Shown: positions 17,678 through 26,313, numbered from the stretch's first letter. The stretch: DNA of 64,000 bases from Flavobacteriales bacterium (GCA_024103275.1 JAGFIV010000036.1:6279-70278), one strand, 5' to 3'. Notes: generated by a model from the sequence alone, not told the origin. Numbers and translations: made by a program.

Positions 17678-18769
17678 GTGAAGGACTACCTTGGGCCGTT
17701 GAAAAACGCGATGCCCCAAGGCCAAGGCCACATAGCGAACGGCGTGTTCGCTCCGGAAGGGGCACTGCAAAAGGTGGGAAGCGCTGATTTTTTTGGCTTA
17801 GGGTATGAACCCTTCGGGTCCCTGTTGCCCGGACGCAACTACAGCTCCGATGCGTACCGGTTCGGGTTCCAGGGACAGATCAAGGACGACGAGGTGTACG
17901 GGGCCTCCGGCACCAGCTACGCCGCTGAGTTTTGGCAATATGATCCGAGGACGGCGAGAAGGTGGAATTTGGACCCTGTCAGATATCCGTTTCAGTCATC
18001 TTATTCGACCTTCAACAATGACCCAATTCGATACATGGACCCTAATGGGTTATATGGGACAAAAGCCGAGGCTAAACAGATGCGCAGAGAAGCTAAAGCT
18101 GCAGGATTGAATCCAAGGAAAGTGTATAAAGCAAGCAACCAATGGGGTTTTAATACTAGTGAAGGAGAGTCGGTCGTTGGTAATTTCAAGAGAACGTTTT
18201 TCGGAGAAAGTAGTTCTTGTGTACAAGACGCATCAGATCTTGGTGAAGATCATATATTCCAAAATCCAGTTAATCGTTTAACGGGTCTGTTCCAGTCGAT
18301 GTCACTTCTGGATGACTTCTCGAAAGGGTTAAAGTACGGCGAAGAGTATTTTGATCCGAATTCTGGTTTTTCATATATGATGAAGAATTCACCAGGGGTT
18401 AGAAAAGCTGTAGATGAATTCATCGCAACAGCTGGAGACCAAACCAGTAGGGCATATGGCTTTAGCCCGAATACGGCTTCCATTGGTGGGTTCTGGAGTT
18501 CTCTTCCTGAATCAATTGGTGCACATTGGAACGTGGTGACGGATGTGAATATGGCTCGGCTTACTACGGGAGGTTACACTGCGGTCATTACTCCAACAAG
18601 TAATGATAACATTATTAGAATTCATCTAAATAACGACATGTCTTTGGGGTCATTGCTTTTGCATACACGATGGGCGGAAGAGCACACCCCCCTAGTTGGT
18701 CCATTCCATACGGTTTCCATGAAAATTGATTTAGGTCTTTTCAATATTGAATCTCTTAGGAAAAAATGA
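17678..18769 (+). CDS. Orphan Rhs C-terminal toxin cassette 2 (Rhs core-end fragment + distinct CT domain)
   Basis: Shares GYEPFGSLLPGRNYSSDAYRFGFQGQIKDDEVYG with cassette 1, at near-identical nucleotide sequence. The core end is YAAEFWQYDPRTARRWNLDP...YMDPNGL. A completely different ~270-aa low-GC C-terminal domain follows. Confidence 0.8.
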   Translation: MKDYLGPLKNAMPQGQGHIANGVFAPEGALQKVGSADFFGLGYEPFGSLLPGRNYSSDAYRFGFQGQIKDDEVYGASGTSYAAEFWQYDPRTARRWNLDPVRYPFQSSYSTFNNDPIRYMDPNGLYGTKAEAKQMRREAKAAGLNPRKVYKASNQWGFNTSEGESVVGNFKRTFFGESSSCVQDASDLGEDHIFQNPVNRLTGLFQSMSLLDDFSKGLKYGEEYFDPNSGFSYMMKNSPGVRKAVDEFIATAGDQTSRAYGFSPNTASIGGFWSSLPESIGAHWNVVTDVNMARLTTGGYTAVITPTSNDNIIRIHLNNDMSLGSLLLHTRWAEEHTPLVGPFHTVSMKIDLGLFNIESLRKK

Positions 18770-19401
18770 AAATAGCGATTAATTATTTATTTGTTATACT
18801 ATCTATATTGCTATTTGCTTTTTTGATTAGTGGCTGCAATTATTGCAAATGCGATGAGACAGGAGGGATTTCTGGTTTTTATATCTGTGATAGAACGAAT
18901 GATAATAATGCGGAGTATATTTGGATATTTGGGGATAATACATATGTTCACATGTTCGATTATGATACGATTAGATATATAAATTCTGATACTTGGTCTA
19001 TTAGGCGTGATCACATTGAGTTATTTATAGCAAATAACTGGGTGGCTCCATGTGAATATGGAAGAGATGCTTGTTATAAAAGGATGGAGTACGTGAATAG
19101 CAATAATTACAACGAGTACCTAGGGTCTATGGCGCAGCTTAGCTATGGGTGCCTCGTTGGACTGGACGACTCTTGCTATTTTAGACTGATATCCCAGTTT
19201 AATCCTATGTTCAATTATAAAAAGATACACAATTCAGAATATAGGGATTATTCCTTGTTTATGGATGCCTTTTTCTTTAGTAAACGAGATTCGGTAATGT
19301 TTTCCGAAATAAATGAAACCCTCGTTATTCCTCTGACTAGCGCGGGCGCCGCGAGTGGGTCCTCTCCCAACCCGCGCTCGGGTGTGCGCGGGTCCAGATG
19401 A
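18766..19401 (+). CDS. Putative immunity protein for Rhs-CT toxin 2 (lipoprotein)
   Basis: The ATG overlaps the toxin stop (ATGA). Lipobox LISGCN. AT-rich and Cys/Tyr/Asn-rich. The 3' ~30 codons lie in a GC-rich repeat element. Confidence 0.55.
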   Translation: MKIAINYLFVILSILLFAFLISGCNYCKCDETGGISGFYICDRTNDNNAEYIWIFGDNTYVHMFDYDTIRYINSDTWSIRRDHIELFIANNWVAPCEYGRDACYKRMEYVNSNNYNEYLGSMAQLSYGCLVGLDDSCYFRLISQFNPMFNYKKIHNSEYRDYSLFMDAFFFSKRDSVMFSEINETLVIPLTSAGAASGSSPNPRSGVRGSR

Positions 19402-19835
19402 TCCCCCCAACGCGCCCCAACCCGCGCCCGGGTGTGCGAGGGTCCAGATGATCCCGGCGCTCGCTTGCAGCGAGTGCCCGTAGAGCCATCCGCCTCTGCC
19501 ACCGGGCAGGTCCGGCGGTCCCCCAACCCGCGCTCGGCTGCGCGAGGCCAGAGAAGAACCCGGCGCTCGGCTTTGCCGGTAATTCCAGTAATCTGCCGAG
19601 TGCCCGGCGCATATTCTCCGCCTCCGGCGGCCTGTGGTACATTAGGCAACATGAGCGACCTTCCTTAAGCTCACCTGTCAGGACCGGTTGCTTACCTTGC
19701 CGGAGCACTATGGTTACAGCAGCGCCCACTCCAAAAGCCCGGTCAAGCTGTTCGGCCAATGATGAACCAGCGAGAAACGGCCAAAGGCCGGAGGGAACGG
19801 GCACTCGGCACAGCCGAGCGCCGGGGTGGGGGTGT
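19341..19835. repeat. Composite block of GC-rich mosaic repeat elements (tandem module 1 copies, module 2, ~160-bp module 4)
   Basis: Two tandem cccgcgc(t/c)cgggtgtgcg(c/a)gggtccagatgatcc units. Then gcttgcagcgagtgcccgtagagccatccgcctctgccaccgggcaggtccggcggtc. Then a ~160-bp segment (ggaccggttgcttaccttgccggagcactatggttacagcagcgcccactcc...ggcactcggcacagccgagcgccggggtggg) that recurs at 20810-20966. Confidence 0.7.
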
Positions 19836-19887
19836 CCTTCACCAAGGAGGATATCCCCAACCGGAACAAGGAGCTGGTGGGGTGATG
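19836..19887. repeat. Direct repeat copy 2 (duplicate of cphA 3' end) - putative attR of integrative island
   Basis: ccttcaccaaggaggatatccccaaccggaacaaggagctggtggggtgatg matches 12646-12697 at 50/52 positions. It is followed by a 28-codon remnant ORF (MWMTGYMQSIF...). Confidence 0.75.
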
Positions 19888-19915
19888 TGGATGACGGGCT
19901 ACATGCAGTCCATCT

Positions 19916-20329
19916 TCACAGCGAACGCACGAACGAGCCCGGTGTCAATACGGGGATCCGGGAGCGCTTGAAGCCGGCCGAATCCCGGGTGATGATCAGG
20001 TCGGCTTTCAGCTGGACCGCGCATTCATATTGCACGGCATCCTCCAGATCCGGGAAATCGAAGGCCAAGGCCCGGTCGATGCAGCGCTCATCCACCGGGG
20101 CGACCCGGATCAAGGTGCGCAGTTTGTCGAGTGCCCGCTTCGCTGCGGCCGGGCCATGCGACCGGCGCAACAGGAAGTTGAGCGTGGTGAAACTGAGCGC
20201 ACAAAGCCAGAGTTCCATCACGCCTTCATCGGCCGCATTGAAGATCAGTTCAGCGTCGTCGGCGAAGGGAGTCCGGTTGGCCAGGTAGTCCAGGACCACA
20301 TTGGTGTCCACCAGGGCCTTGCGCATCAC
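19916..20329 (-). CDS. vapC: PIN-domain toxin (VapC-like, type II TA)
   Basis: 137 aa. MMRKALVDTNVVLDYL, a conserved Asp at the N-terminus, and ...LIITRDSAGFK are typical of VapC. A 4-nt overlap with the upstream small gene. Confidence 0.85.
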   Translation of the reverse strand: MMRKALVDTNVVLDYLANRTPFADDAELIFNAADEGVMELWLCALSFTTLNFLLRRSHGPAAAKRALDKLRTLIRVAPVDERCIDRALAFDFPDLEDAVQYECAVQLKADLIITRDSAGFKRSRIPVLTPGSFVRSL

Positions 20330-20583
20330 CTGTACTTCTTCGCAAGATGCTCGGCGTATGCTTCCTTGTGGTCAAGGTTTGCAGGGGCTACGATGATCCC
20401 ACGCAGGCTCCGGACCTTGGCGGAGACCTTCCGCCGGTGCCTGAGTGATCGCTTCCTGTTGCTGAATGTGGCCCTGAGGAAATCCTCGAACATCCTGCTC
20501 AAGCTGGTGTCATGGTCGGCCGCATACTCCTTGGCATCCTCAATGATACCCTTGTCCAACAGCAGGGTCAACTTGGCTTTCAT
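20326..20583 (-). CDS. Putative antitoxin partner of VapC (DUF6364-like small protein)
   Basis: Start at MKAKLTLLLDKGIIEDAKEYAADHDTSLSRMFEDFLRA (86 aa). The stop overlaps the vapC start (ATGA). The upstream part of the long ORF lies in the repeat element and was excluded. Confidence 0.65.
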   Translation of the reverse strand: MKAKLTLLLDKGIIEDAKEYAADHDTSLSRMFEDFLRATFSNRKRSLRHRRKVSAKVRSLRGIIVAPANLDHKEAYAEHLAKKYR

Positions 20584-20654
20584 ACGTACAAAGTTAAACG
20601 CTTTTGTACGTATTTCGCGGCGGCCTGGCGGGATGTGGATTCCAATGGGATCGG

Positions 20655-20966
20655 GCCCCCAACACGGTGCTCGGGTGGGCGAGGGTCCGGCTGATCCCGG
20701 CGCTCGCTTGTAGCGAGTGCCCGTGGTGCTATCCGTCCCTGCCTCCGGCAGGCAGATCCGGCGGCTTGCGGTACCTTCATCAACATAAGCGAGCCCCCGC
20801 AAACTCCCCTGCCAGGGCCCGGTTACTTACCTTGCCGGAGCACTATGCCTACAGCAGCGCCCACTCCGAAAGCCCGGTCAAGCTGTTCGGCCAATGATGA
20901 ACCGATGAGAAACGGCCAGAGGCCGGAAGGAACGGACACTCGGCACAGCCGAGCGCCGGGGTGGGG
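20655..20966. repeat. GC-rich mosaic repeat element block (modules 1+2+4)
   Basis: Near-copy of 19413-19835. It ends with ggcactcggcacagccgagcgccggggtgggg, the same sequence that immediately precedes attR at 19800-19833. This marks a second, degenerate junction. Confidence 0.7.
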
Positions 20967-21181
20967 AATCTTTCCCCGGGCGGATTCTACCGAATCGAAA
21001 ATGTTTTGCTACACTTGCAAAGATGTTGTGGTTTCCGCAGGCAGGATGTTGGACAGGTGAACTGACCAGGATTTAAACATGAGATACTATGGATGATTAA
21101 TGGAATGCGCTGCTTGTAGGAATCCACATCCAGTGTAGGCCGCATTTCGTAGGACACAATAGACTAAAACAACGATAGAGC

Positions 21182-21694
21182 ATGGATACCCCTAGTAATT
21201 TGAAGATAGAGCAGGCAATGAGAAGTTGCCGGGAGGTCTTTGATGCATTTTATCGAATGGTTGCCACTGGTGGTCAAGTCAATCCTTGGATGTGGACTTC
21301 TTATCAAGAGAATAGCATTATTTTTGCGAGGGATTATATCGCCGAGTTTGATTCGGAAATTGTTGAGCTCAGGAACAGCCTCGCAGATAACTCTGATTAT
21401 ATTTTGGAAGTGAATGATATTGTCTCAATAATAACTGGAGTAGGATGTCGAAATTTTTGTAATATAACTTCTTTGTTGATGAAGTCCGATTCGCAAGGAT
21501 TTCGTAGAAATGATGATTTAGTAAATAGCGTTAGAAGCTCAATAGAGATTGGAATTAAGATGATGAATGAGTGTAAGCAATTAAAGATGACACCTGAGAA
21601 TAGGGAGAGTTTTATGGAGAATGTTAGAGTATTTGATTATTTTAGAGGAGAGTTTAAATCTCTTACAAGCAAGGGGTTATTTGGTCTTTTTTAA
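21182..21694 (+). CDS. Hypothetical protein encoded in AT-rich orphan cassette
   Basis: 170 aa ORF with strongly lower GC than its surroundings. It is flanked by repeat elements on both sides. No signal peptide and no recognised motif. Confidence 0.5.
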   Translation: MDTPSNLKIEQAMRSCREVFDAFYRMVATGGQVNPWMWTSYQENSIIFARDYIAEFDSEIVELRNSLADNSDYILEVNDIVSIITGVGCRNFCNITSLLMKSDSQGFRRNDDLVNSVRSSIEIGIKMMNECKQLKMTPENRESFMENVRVFDYFRGEFKSLTSKGLFGLF

Positions 21695-21704
21695 CAACGG
21701 ACTA

Positions 21705-21940
21705 ATCCGCGCTCGGGTGCGCGAGGGTCTAGATAATCCCGGCGCTCCCCCCGCTCCCGCAAGTCTTCCGGCCCAACCGTAAGGTGAGTTTGGCGAAAGA
21801 ACAGGCCTGGCGACTTGTGGGTCTCTGCTCTCAACGCCCCCACCCGCGCTCGGGTGGGCGGGGGGCCAGATGATCCCGGTGCTCAAGGTGACCGGTGATT
21901 CCAGCAATCTGCCGGGTACCCGCCTTGCCCACCGCTCCAG
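21705..21940. repeat. GC-rich mosaic repeat element block (modules 1+3+1)
   Basis: ccgcgctcgggtgcgcgagggtctagataatcccggcgctc, then ccccgctcccgcaagtcttccggcccaaccgtaaggtg (as at 14088-14125), then cccgcgctcgggtgggcggggggccagatgatcccggtgctc and ggtgattccagcaatctgccgggtacccg. Confidence 0.7.
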
Positions 21941-21968
21941 TCGAAGGCGTCTCAAGTGACGTCCCCAC

Positions 21969-23909
21969 TCACTTCTCCAACCGGATCCGCTGGCGGAACA
22001 CCGTGCGCCCATTGCGCAGCACCGCGACCACATAGCGGCCCGGCTTGGCCCAGTGGATGTCGATGGGGAAGGAGCCTTCCTTCAGCGGCTGCTGCGGCTT
22101 GATCTCCAGGATTGAAGTGCTGTCCGCGCTGCTCACGGTGATGTGCAGCTTGGAGGCCTCGTTGGCGAAATAGTCCAGCCGCGTGCGGCCCTGGGTGCGG
22201 CGCGGGAAGAGGCTGATCACCGGCACGGTGTCCGGTGCCACGGTGGGGGTGTCGCCCGTTCGGAACAGGTAGACCAGGCCGTTGCCGCAATCGCTTTCGA
22301 AGTTCTTGAGCAGCCGTCCCGCGCTGTCCAGCAGGCGCAGGTAGCCGCTTCCGCCCTCGGTGTTGTACCAGAACTCCAGCCCGTCACCGGCGGTGTCCTG
22401 CAATTGCAGGCGGTTGGTGGCGGCCGGCAGGTGCAAGGTGTCGGAATAGAGCGTATCAGCTTTCATGGAGCCGAGCGGCCGGTCTACCAACGCTTTGCCG
22501 GATGCATCGGTCAGTCGGAGCGCGTTCTGCTTGGGTTGGGCATTGGTGCGCAATTGCAGCACCACGGTGGCGGGCAGCACATCCTCCGGGGCATACGTGC
22601 TGCGCAGGCTGTTATCGGCGCGCCAGGCGTCGCGCTTGCCGTTCGGCTTCTCCAGCATGGCCTTGAACATGTTTCGTCCAGGGCCATGGTCGATCGGCCC
22701 CGGAAGGTTCACGGTATCGCTGGCGCCGAAGGGCAGGAGGCCGTTCCACTCAAAGGTCCGCATCGCACCGCCCGCGCTGCCGTAGCGGATGGTGAGTGAC
22801 CGCAGCGTGTCGCCGCCGGCGTTGGCGATCATGATCCGGGGACCGTCATGCGTCGCATTCATGCGGGCGTTGCGTGGTTCATCGCTCGGCACCAGCACTT
22901 CGGTGATCATCGCATCATTCGCGGCCTTGGCCCGGCCCAGCTGCACCGCGTATGCGGAAAGGTCCGTGACCGCCGTGCTGCTGTCCGCGGCGTACGGTTC
23001 CATGTTGATATCCACCACATGCTCCGCCATTCCCGGGGTCAGTGGCACCGTGAGCCGGTCCGGAGGCTGCATTTCACCGGGGCACCAATCCGCGCGGTCG
23101 AAGATCCATGTGCCGGCCTGCGGCTGCAGCGGGTTGCTGGCGCATTCCTTCCAGAGCTTGCGGTGCTGCACCTCCTTGCCGTCCACCACGATGCTTCGCC
23201 ATTTGGCGCAGAACTCGCCGCAGCCGTCGGCAGGGTTCATGCCGTGGCCCGTCTGCTGGGTGCGTATGCGCAGCCATTCGGCGCCGGGCAAGGTGTGGAT
23301 GGTGCGCGGTGCCAACTCGCGTTCAATGGGCTTGGTGCTGTCGCCATACGCGAAGCTGCCGCGGTACAGCTCCTGGATGCCCAGCACTGGGGCGATGGGC
23401 TTGCCGGTGATGTACCGCAGGTCCAGGCTCACCGCCCAGCCGCGGTCATTGTTGGACTCGTAGCCATGGTGAACGTGGATCAGCTCCACGCTATCGCGCA
23501 ATACGGGCCAAAGCTCGCTGACATCGGAGGCCCACGTGAATTGCCAGCCGTGCTTGTAATAGCCGCCGTAGGGGGTAAGCATACGGGCCAGTTCAATGGT
23601 GTCACTGCCGTGGAGGGGCTTCACCAGCACCTGGTCCAGATAGTCCCATTCGCCGCAGTTCAGGCTGTCCGGGCAGGCGTAGGTGAGGTTGAGCAGGATG
23701 CGCCGGACCGGCGTGGAGGCCGGCGGCAATTGTACCGTGCGACGGACAAGGCGGACCCCTGCTGTGGGATCGGTGGTCACCAGTTCCCGGTCAAGGACGT
23801 TCACGTGCAGCGTGTCCTGGGCCTGGACAATGTGGCCGAACAGGCACAAGAGCAGGAAGGGCAGCGAGTTGGGCACGGGGCACGATGGCATGGGGCGGGA
23901 AAATTCCAC
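21969..23909 (-). CDS. Secreted PNGase F-like (peptide-N-glycosidase F domain) protein with T9SS C-terminal sorting domain
   Basis: Signal peptide present. CGEWDYL, TPYGG, DGCGEFCAKW and DRADWCPGEMQPP parallel the PNGase F motifs CDEWDRY, TPYW, RGCAEWCF and DRAGWCPGMAVP. The C-terminal ~80 aa (...GRYVVAVLRNGRTVFRQRIRLEK) is a typical T9SS type A CTD. Confidence 0.8.
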   Translation of the reverse strand: MEFSRPMPSCPVPNSLPFLLLCLFGHIVQAQDTLHVNVLDRELVTTDPTAGVRLVRRTVQLPPASTPVRRILLNLTYACPDSLNCGEWDYLDQVLVKPLHGSDTIELARMLTPYGGYYKHGWQFTWASDVSELWPVLRDSVELIHVHHGYESNNDRGWAVSLDLRYITGKPIAPVLGIQELYRGSFAYGDSTKPIERELAPRTIHTLPGAEWLRIRTQQTGHGMNPADGCGEFCAKWRSIVVDGKEVQHRKLWKECASNPLQPQAGTWIFDRADWCPGEMQPPDRLTVPLTPGMAEHVVDINMEPYAADSSTAVTDLSAYAVQLGRAKAANDAMITEVLVPSDEPRNARMNATHDGPRIMIANAGGDTLRSLTIRYGSAGGAMRTFEWNGLLPFGASDTVNLPGPIDHGPGRNMFKAMLEKPNGKRDAWRADNSLRSTYAPEDVLPATVVLQLRTNAQPKQNALRLTDASGKALVDRPLGSMKADTLYSDTLHLPAATNRLQLQDTAGDGLEFWYNTEGGSGYLRLLDSAGRLLKNFESDCGNGLVYLFRTGDTPTVAPDTVPVISLFPRRTQGRTRLDYFANEASKLHITVSSADSTSILEIKPQQPLKEGSFPIDIHWAKPGRYVVAVLRNGRTVFRQRIRLEK

Positions 23910-23921
23910 GGGCCGGGCTGC

Positions 23922-24161
23922 TCACTTCCGCAGCGCCCTCACCAAAACGATGAGCAGCACGGCGCCCGCCGTGGCGCTGACCAGCTGGCCGATCCTGTTG
24001 GTCACGGCGAGTCCCAGCATGTCGAAGACCAGGCCGCCGACCAGCCCGCCCACGAGGCCGACCAGGATGTTCATCACCACGCCGTATCCTTCGCCCTTCA
24101 TGATCCGGCCGGCCAGCCATCCGGCCGCGCCACCGATGATCAGGCTCCAAAGCAGACCCAT
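23922..24161 (-). CDS. GlsB/YeaQ/YmgE family stress-response membrane protein
   Basis: 79 aa with glycine-zipper TM motifs: LIIGGAAGWLAGRIM and ILVGLVGGLVGGLVFDMLGL. Confidence 0.85.
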   Translation of the reverse strand: MGLLWSLIIGGAAGWLAGRIMKGEGYGVVMNILVGLVGGLVGGLVFDMLGLAVTNRIGQLVSATAGAVLLIVLVRALRK

Positions 24162-24182
24162 GTTGTTCTTTTTTGTTGGCCT

Positions 24183-24216
24183 GGGAAAAAGAAAAGCCCC
24201 GGTGGCGGGGCTTTTC
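24183..24216 (-). terminator. Rho-independent terminator downstream of rplS
   Basis: On the minus-strand transcript: aaaagccccgc-cac-cggggcttttcttttt. A 6-bp GC stem plus A/U extension and a U-rich tail, between the rplS stop and the glsB-like gene. Confidence 0.7.
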
Positions 24217-24242
24217 CAAGACGGATCCGATGGATTCCCCGC

Positions 24243-24611
24243 TTACTTGGCTTCTTCGGCCGTTGCCATCCGCTTTTCCTTGATGCGTGCGCTCTTGCCC
24301 CGGCGCTCGCGGATGTAGTATATGCGGGCACGGTTCACGTTGCCCCGCTTGTTCACCTCCACCTTGTCCACAAAGGGGGAGGCCAGGGGGAAGATGCGCT
24401 CCACCCCGATGGAACCGCTCATTTTGCGCACGGTGAAGGTGGCGGTACTGCCCGATCCCTTGCGCTGGATGACGACGCCTTGGTATTGCTGGATCCGCTC
24501 CTTGTTGCCCTCGCTGATGCGGTAGTGTACGGTAATGGTATCGCCGGCCCTGAAATCCTCCATTTCCTTCACCGGTGCCCACTCCTTCTCCAGTTGCTTG
24601 ATCTTGTCCAT
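24243..24611 (-). CDS. rplS: 50S ribosomal protein L19
   Basis: Start at [78 protein letters not shown] matches L19 throughout. Confidence 0.95.
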   Translation of the reverse strand: MDKIKQLEKEWAPVKEMEDFRAGDTITVHYRISEGNKERIQQYQGVVIQRKGSGSTATFTVRKMSGSIGVERIFPLASPFVDKVEVNKRGNVNRARIYYIRERRGKSARIKEKRMATAEEAK

Positions 24612-24782
24612 GACGCTCAGCGTATTAAGGGGTTGGTCCCCTGCTTTTGGGGGCGCAATATTACGGAAAAGTTCATTCTGTTGTGCCTTCCGCCGGGAAA
24701 ACAATGCCATCGCTTTCCTTGGTGCCGGCGTCGATGGAAAGGGCGGCATCCCCGTCCGGCGACCGGGCCCGTCCTTGACCGG

Positions 24783-25466
24783 CTACGATACCTCGTCCAA
24801 CAAACCTGGGCGGCGGTCGCGGGTGCGTTCCATGCTTTGTTGGTGCCGCCATTCCTGGATCCGGGCCTCGTGTCCGCTCAGCAGCACCTGCGGCACCTTC
24901 CAGCCGTTGTACTCCTCCGGCCGGGTATAGACCGGGGGTGCCACCAGGCCGTCCTGGAAGCTGTCCGATAGGGCGCTGGTCTCGTCGCCGAGCACGCCGG
25001 GGATCAAGCGGATCAGCGCGTCGCTCAGCACCGCCGCCGGAAGTTCGCCGCCGCTGAGGACGTAGTCGCCGATGCTGATCTCCCGGGTGATCAAATGTTC
25101 GCGCACCCGCTCGTCCACCCCTTTGTAGTGGCCGCAAAGGATGATGAGGTTGCGCAGGGAGCTCATCCGGTTGGCCAGGGGTTGGGAGAGCGGCTCCCCG
25201 TCGGGGCTCATGTAGATCACCTCGTCGTATTCCCGTTGGCCTTTCAGGTGCACGATGGCCTTGTGGATGGGGGCCACCGCCATCACCATGCCCGCGCCGC
25301 CCCCGAAGGGATAGTCGTCCACGCGCCGGTGCTTGTCCTCGGAAAAATCGCGCAGGTCATGCACCACCACTTCGGCCAGCCCCTTCTGCCGGGCCCGCAG
25401 CAGGATGCTCTCATTGAAGTAGCTGTCCAGCAGCCGTGGCAAGGCGGTGAGGATGTCGATGCGCAT
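24783..25466 (-). CDS. trmD: tRNA (guanine37-N1)-methyltransferase
   Basis: [10 protein letters not shown]...[14 protein letters not shown]...YMSPDGEPL...[15 protein letters not shown] are canonical TrmD motifs. Lies upstream of rplS as usual. Confidence 0.95.
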   Translation of the reverse strand: MRIDILTALPRLLDSYFNESILLRARQKGLAEVVVHDLRDFSEDKHRRVDDYPFGGGAGMVMAVAPIHKAIVHLKGQREYDEVIYMSPDGEPLSQPLANRMSSLRNLIILCGHYKGVDERVREHLITREISIGDYVLSGGELPAAVLSDALIRLIPGVLGDETSALSDSFQDGLVAPPVYTRPEEYNGWKVPQVLLSGHEARIQEWRHQQSMERTRDRRPGLLDEVS

Positions 25467-25569
25467 GGTGCGCGAAAGTACCGTCGGGCGGGGCTTTCCG
25501 GTGTGGAAGGCGGCCGTTGCCTACCTTCGGCATCGTTCTTGCGTAGAAAAAGCATCCAAACGGACCACC

Positions 25570-26313
25570 ATGAAGAAGATGTTCCTGGCCACGATGACCG
25601 CGTTCCTGGCATTCGCGGGCGGCAGCGCTTGGGCCCAGTCCAAACCCTATGAGGACCTGCTGGTGAAGTATGTGGACGAGAAGTACGAGGATTGCCTGTT
25701 CAAGGCGGAGCGGTACACGCAGAATGACAAGACCAAGAAGGACCCCTTGCCGTACCTCTACATGAGCATGTGCTACTTCGAGATGAGCAAGATCCCGAAG
25801 TACCAGGAGATGGAGGAGTACAAGAAGGCCGACCGGGATGCGCTGAAGTGGGCCGAGAAGTACCGGAAGAAGGACAAGGACATGGAGTTCTTCCACAACT
25901 ACGAGGATTTCTGGGCCAGCCTGAACACCATGGCGCAGGAAAGCGGGCTGAACATGTATGAGGCGGGCCCGAAGGAATTGAGCAAGGCCCGGCGGTATTT
26001 CGAATCCATGACGCGCTACTACCCCGAAAACCCGGGGGCGTGGTTGATGCTGGCCTTGACCCAGTACAAGGCCAACCAGGCCAAGGAGGCCGATGCGAGC
26101 GTGGCCCAGTACCGGGATGCCCTGGAAAAGGCCGGCGGCATCGCGCGCCTGCCGGAGGACCAGCAGAAGCTGATGAAGAGCGCCCTGATCCACTATGCGG
26201 AGTACCTGAGCGAAAAAGGGGACTCCAGCGGGGCCAGGGAGGCCATGGAGACCGGGAAGGAATTCTTCATGGACGACCCCGAGTACAAGGGGGCATACAA
26301 CAGCTTCCATTGA
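25570..26313 (+). CDS. Hypothetical secreted protein (helical/TPR-like)
   Basis: Start at MKKMFLATMTAFLAFAGGSAWAQ (signal peptide). The body is Lys/Glu/Tyr-rich and helical, with no specific motif. Confidence 0.6.
   Translation: MKKMFLATMTAFLAFAGGSAWAQSKPYEDLLVKYVDEKYEDCLFKAERYTQNDKTKKDPLPYLYMSMCYFEMSKIPKYQEMEEYKKADRDALKWAEKYRKKDKDMEFFHNYEDFWASLNTMAQESGLNMYEAGPKELSKARRYFESMTRYYPENPGAWLMLALTQYKANQAKEADASVAQYRDALEKAGGIARLPEDQQKLMKSALIHYAEYLSEKGDSSGAREAMETGKEFFMDDPEYKGAYNSFH

Noticed and set aside
19710-21060. ORFs beginning M(V/P)TAAPTPKARSSCSANDE and the alternative frame ...LPEHY(G/A)YSSAHS(K/E)SPVKLFGQ in the repeat blocks
   Set aside because: They lie within module 4 of the repeat family. 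Differences between the two copies are non-synonymous in both frames. There is no upstream coding continuity. Judged to be non-coding repeat sequence.
14054-21940. Possible CRISPR array
   Set aside because: The repeats are irregular in length and spacing and are mosaic, and the 'spacers' are whole genes. No cas genes are present.
12646-21968. Classical integron (intI + attI + attC cassettes)
   Set aside because: The recombinase is XerC/D-like and sits inside the array rather than divergent at one end. No GTTRRRY core sites are recognisable by eye. The repeats are much more similar to one another than attC sites usually are. The analogy is kept as a hypothesis only.
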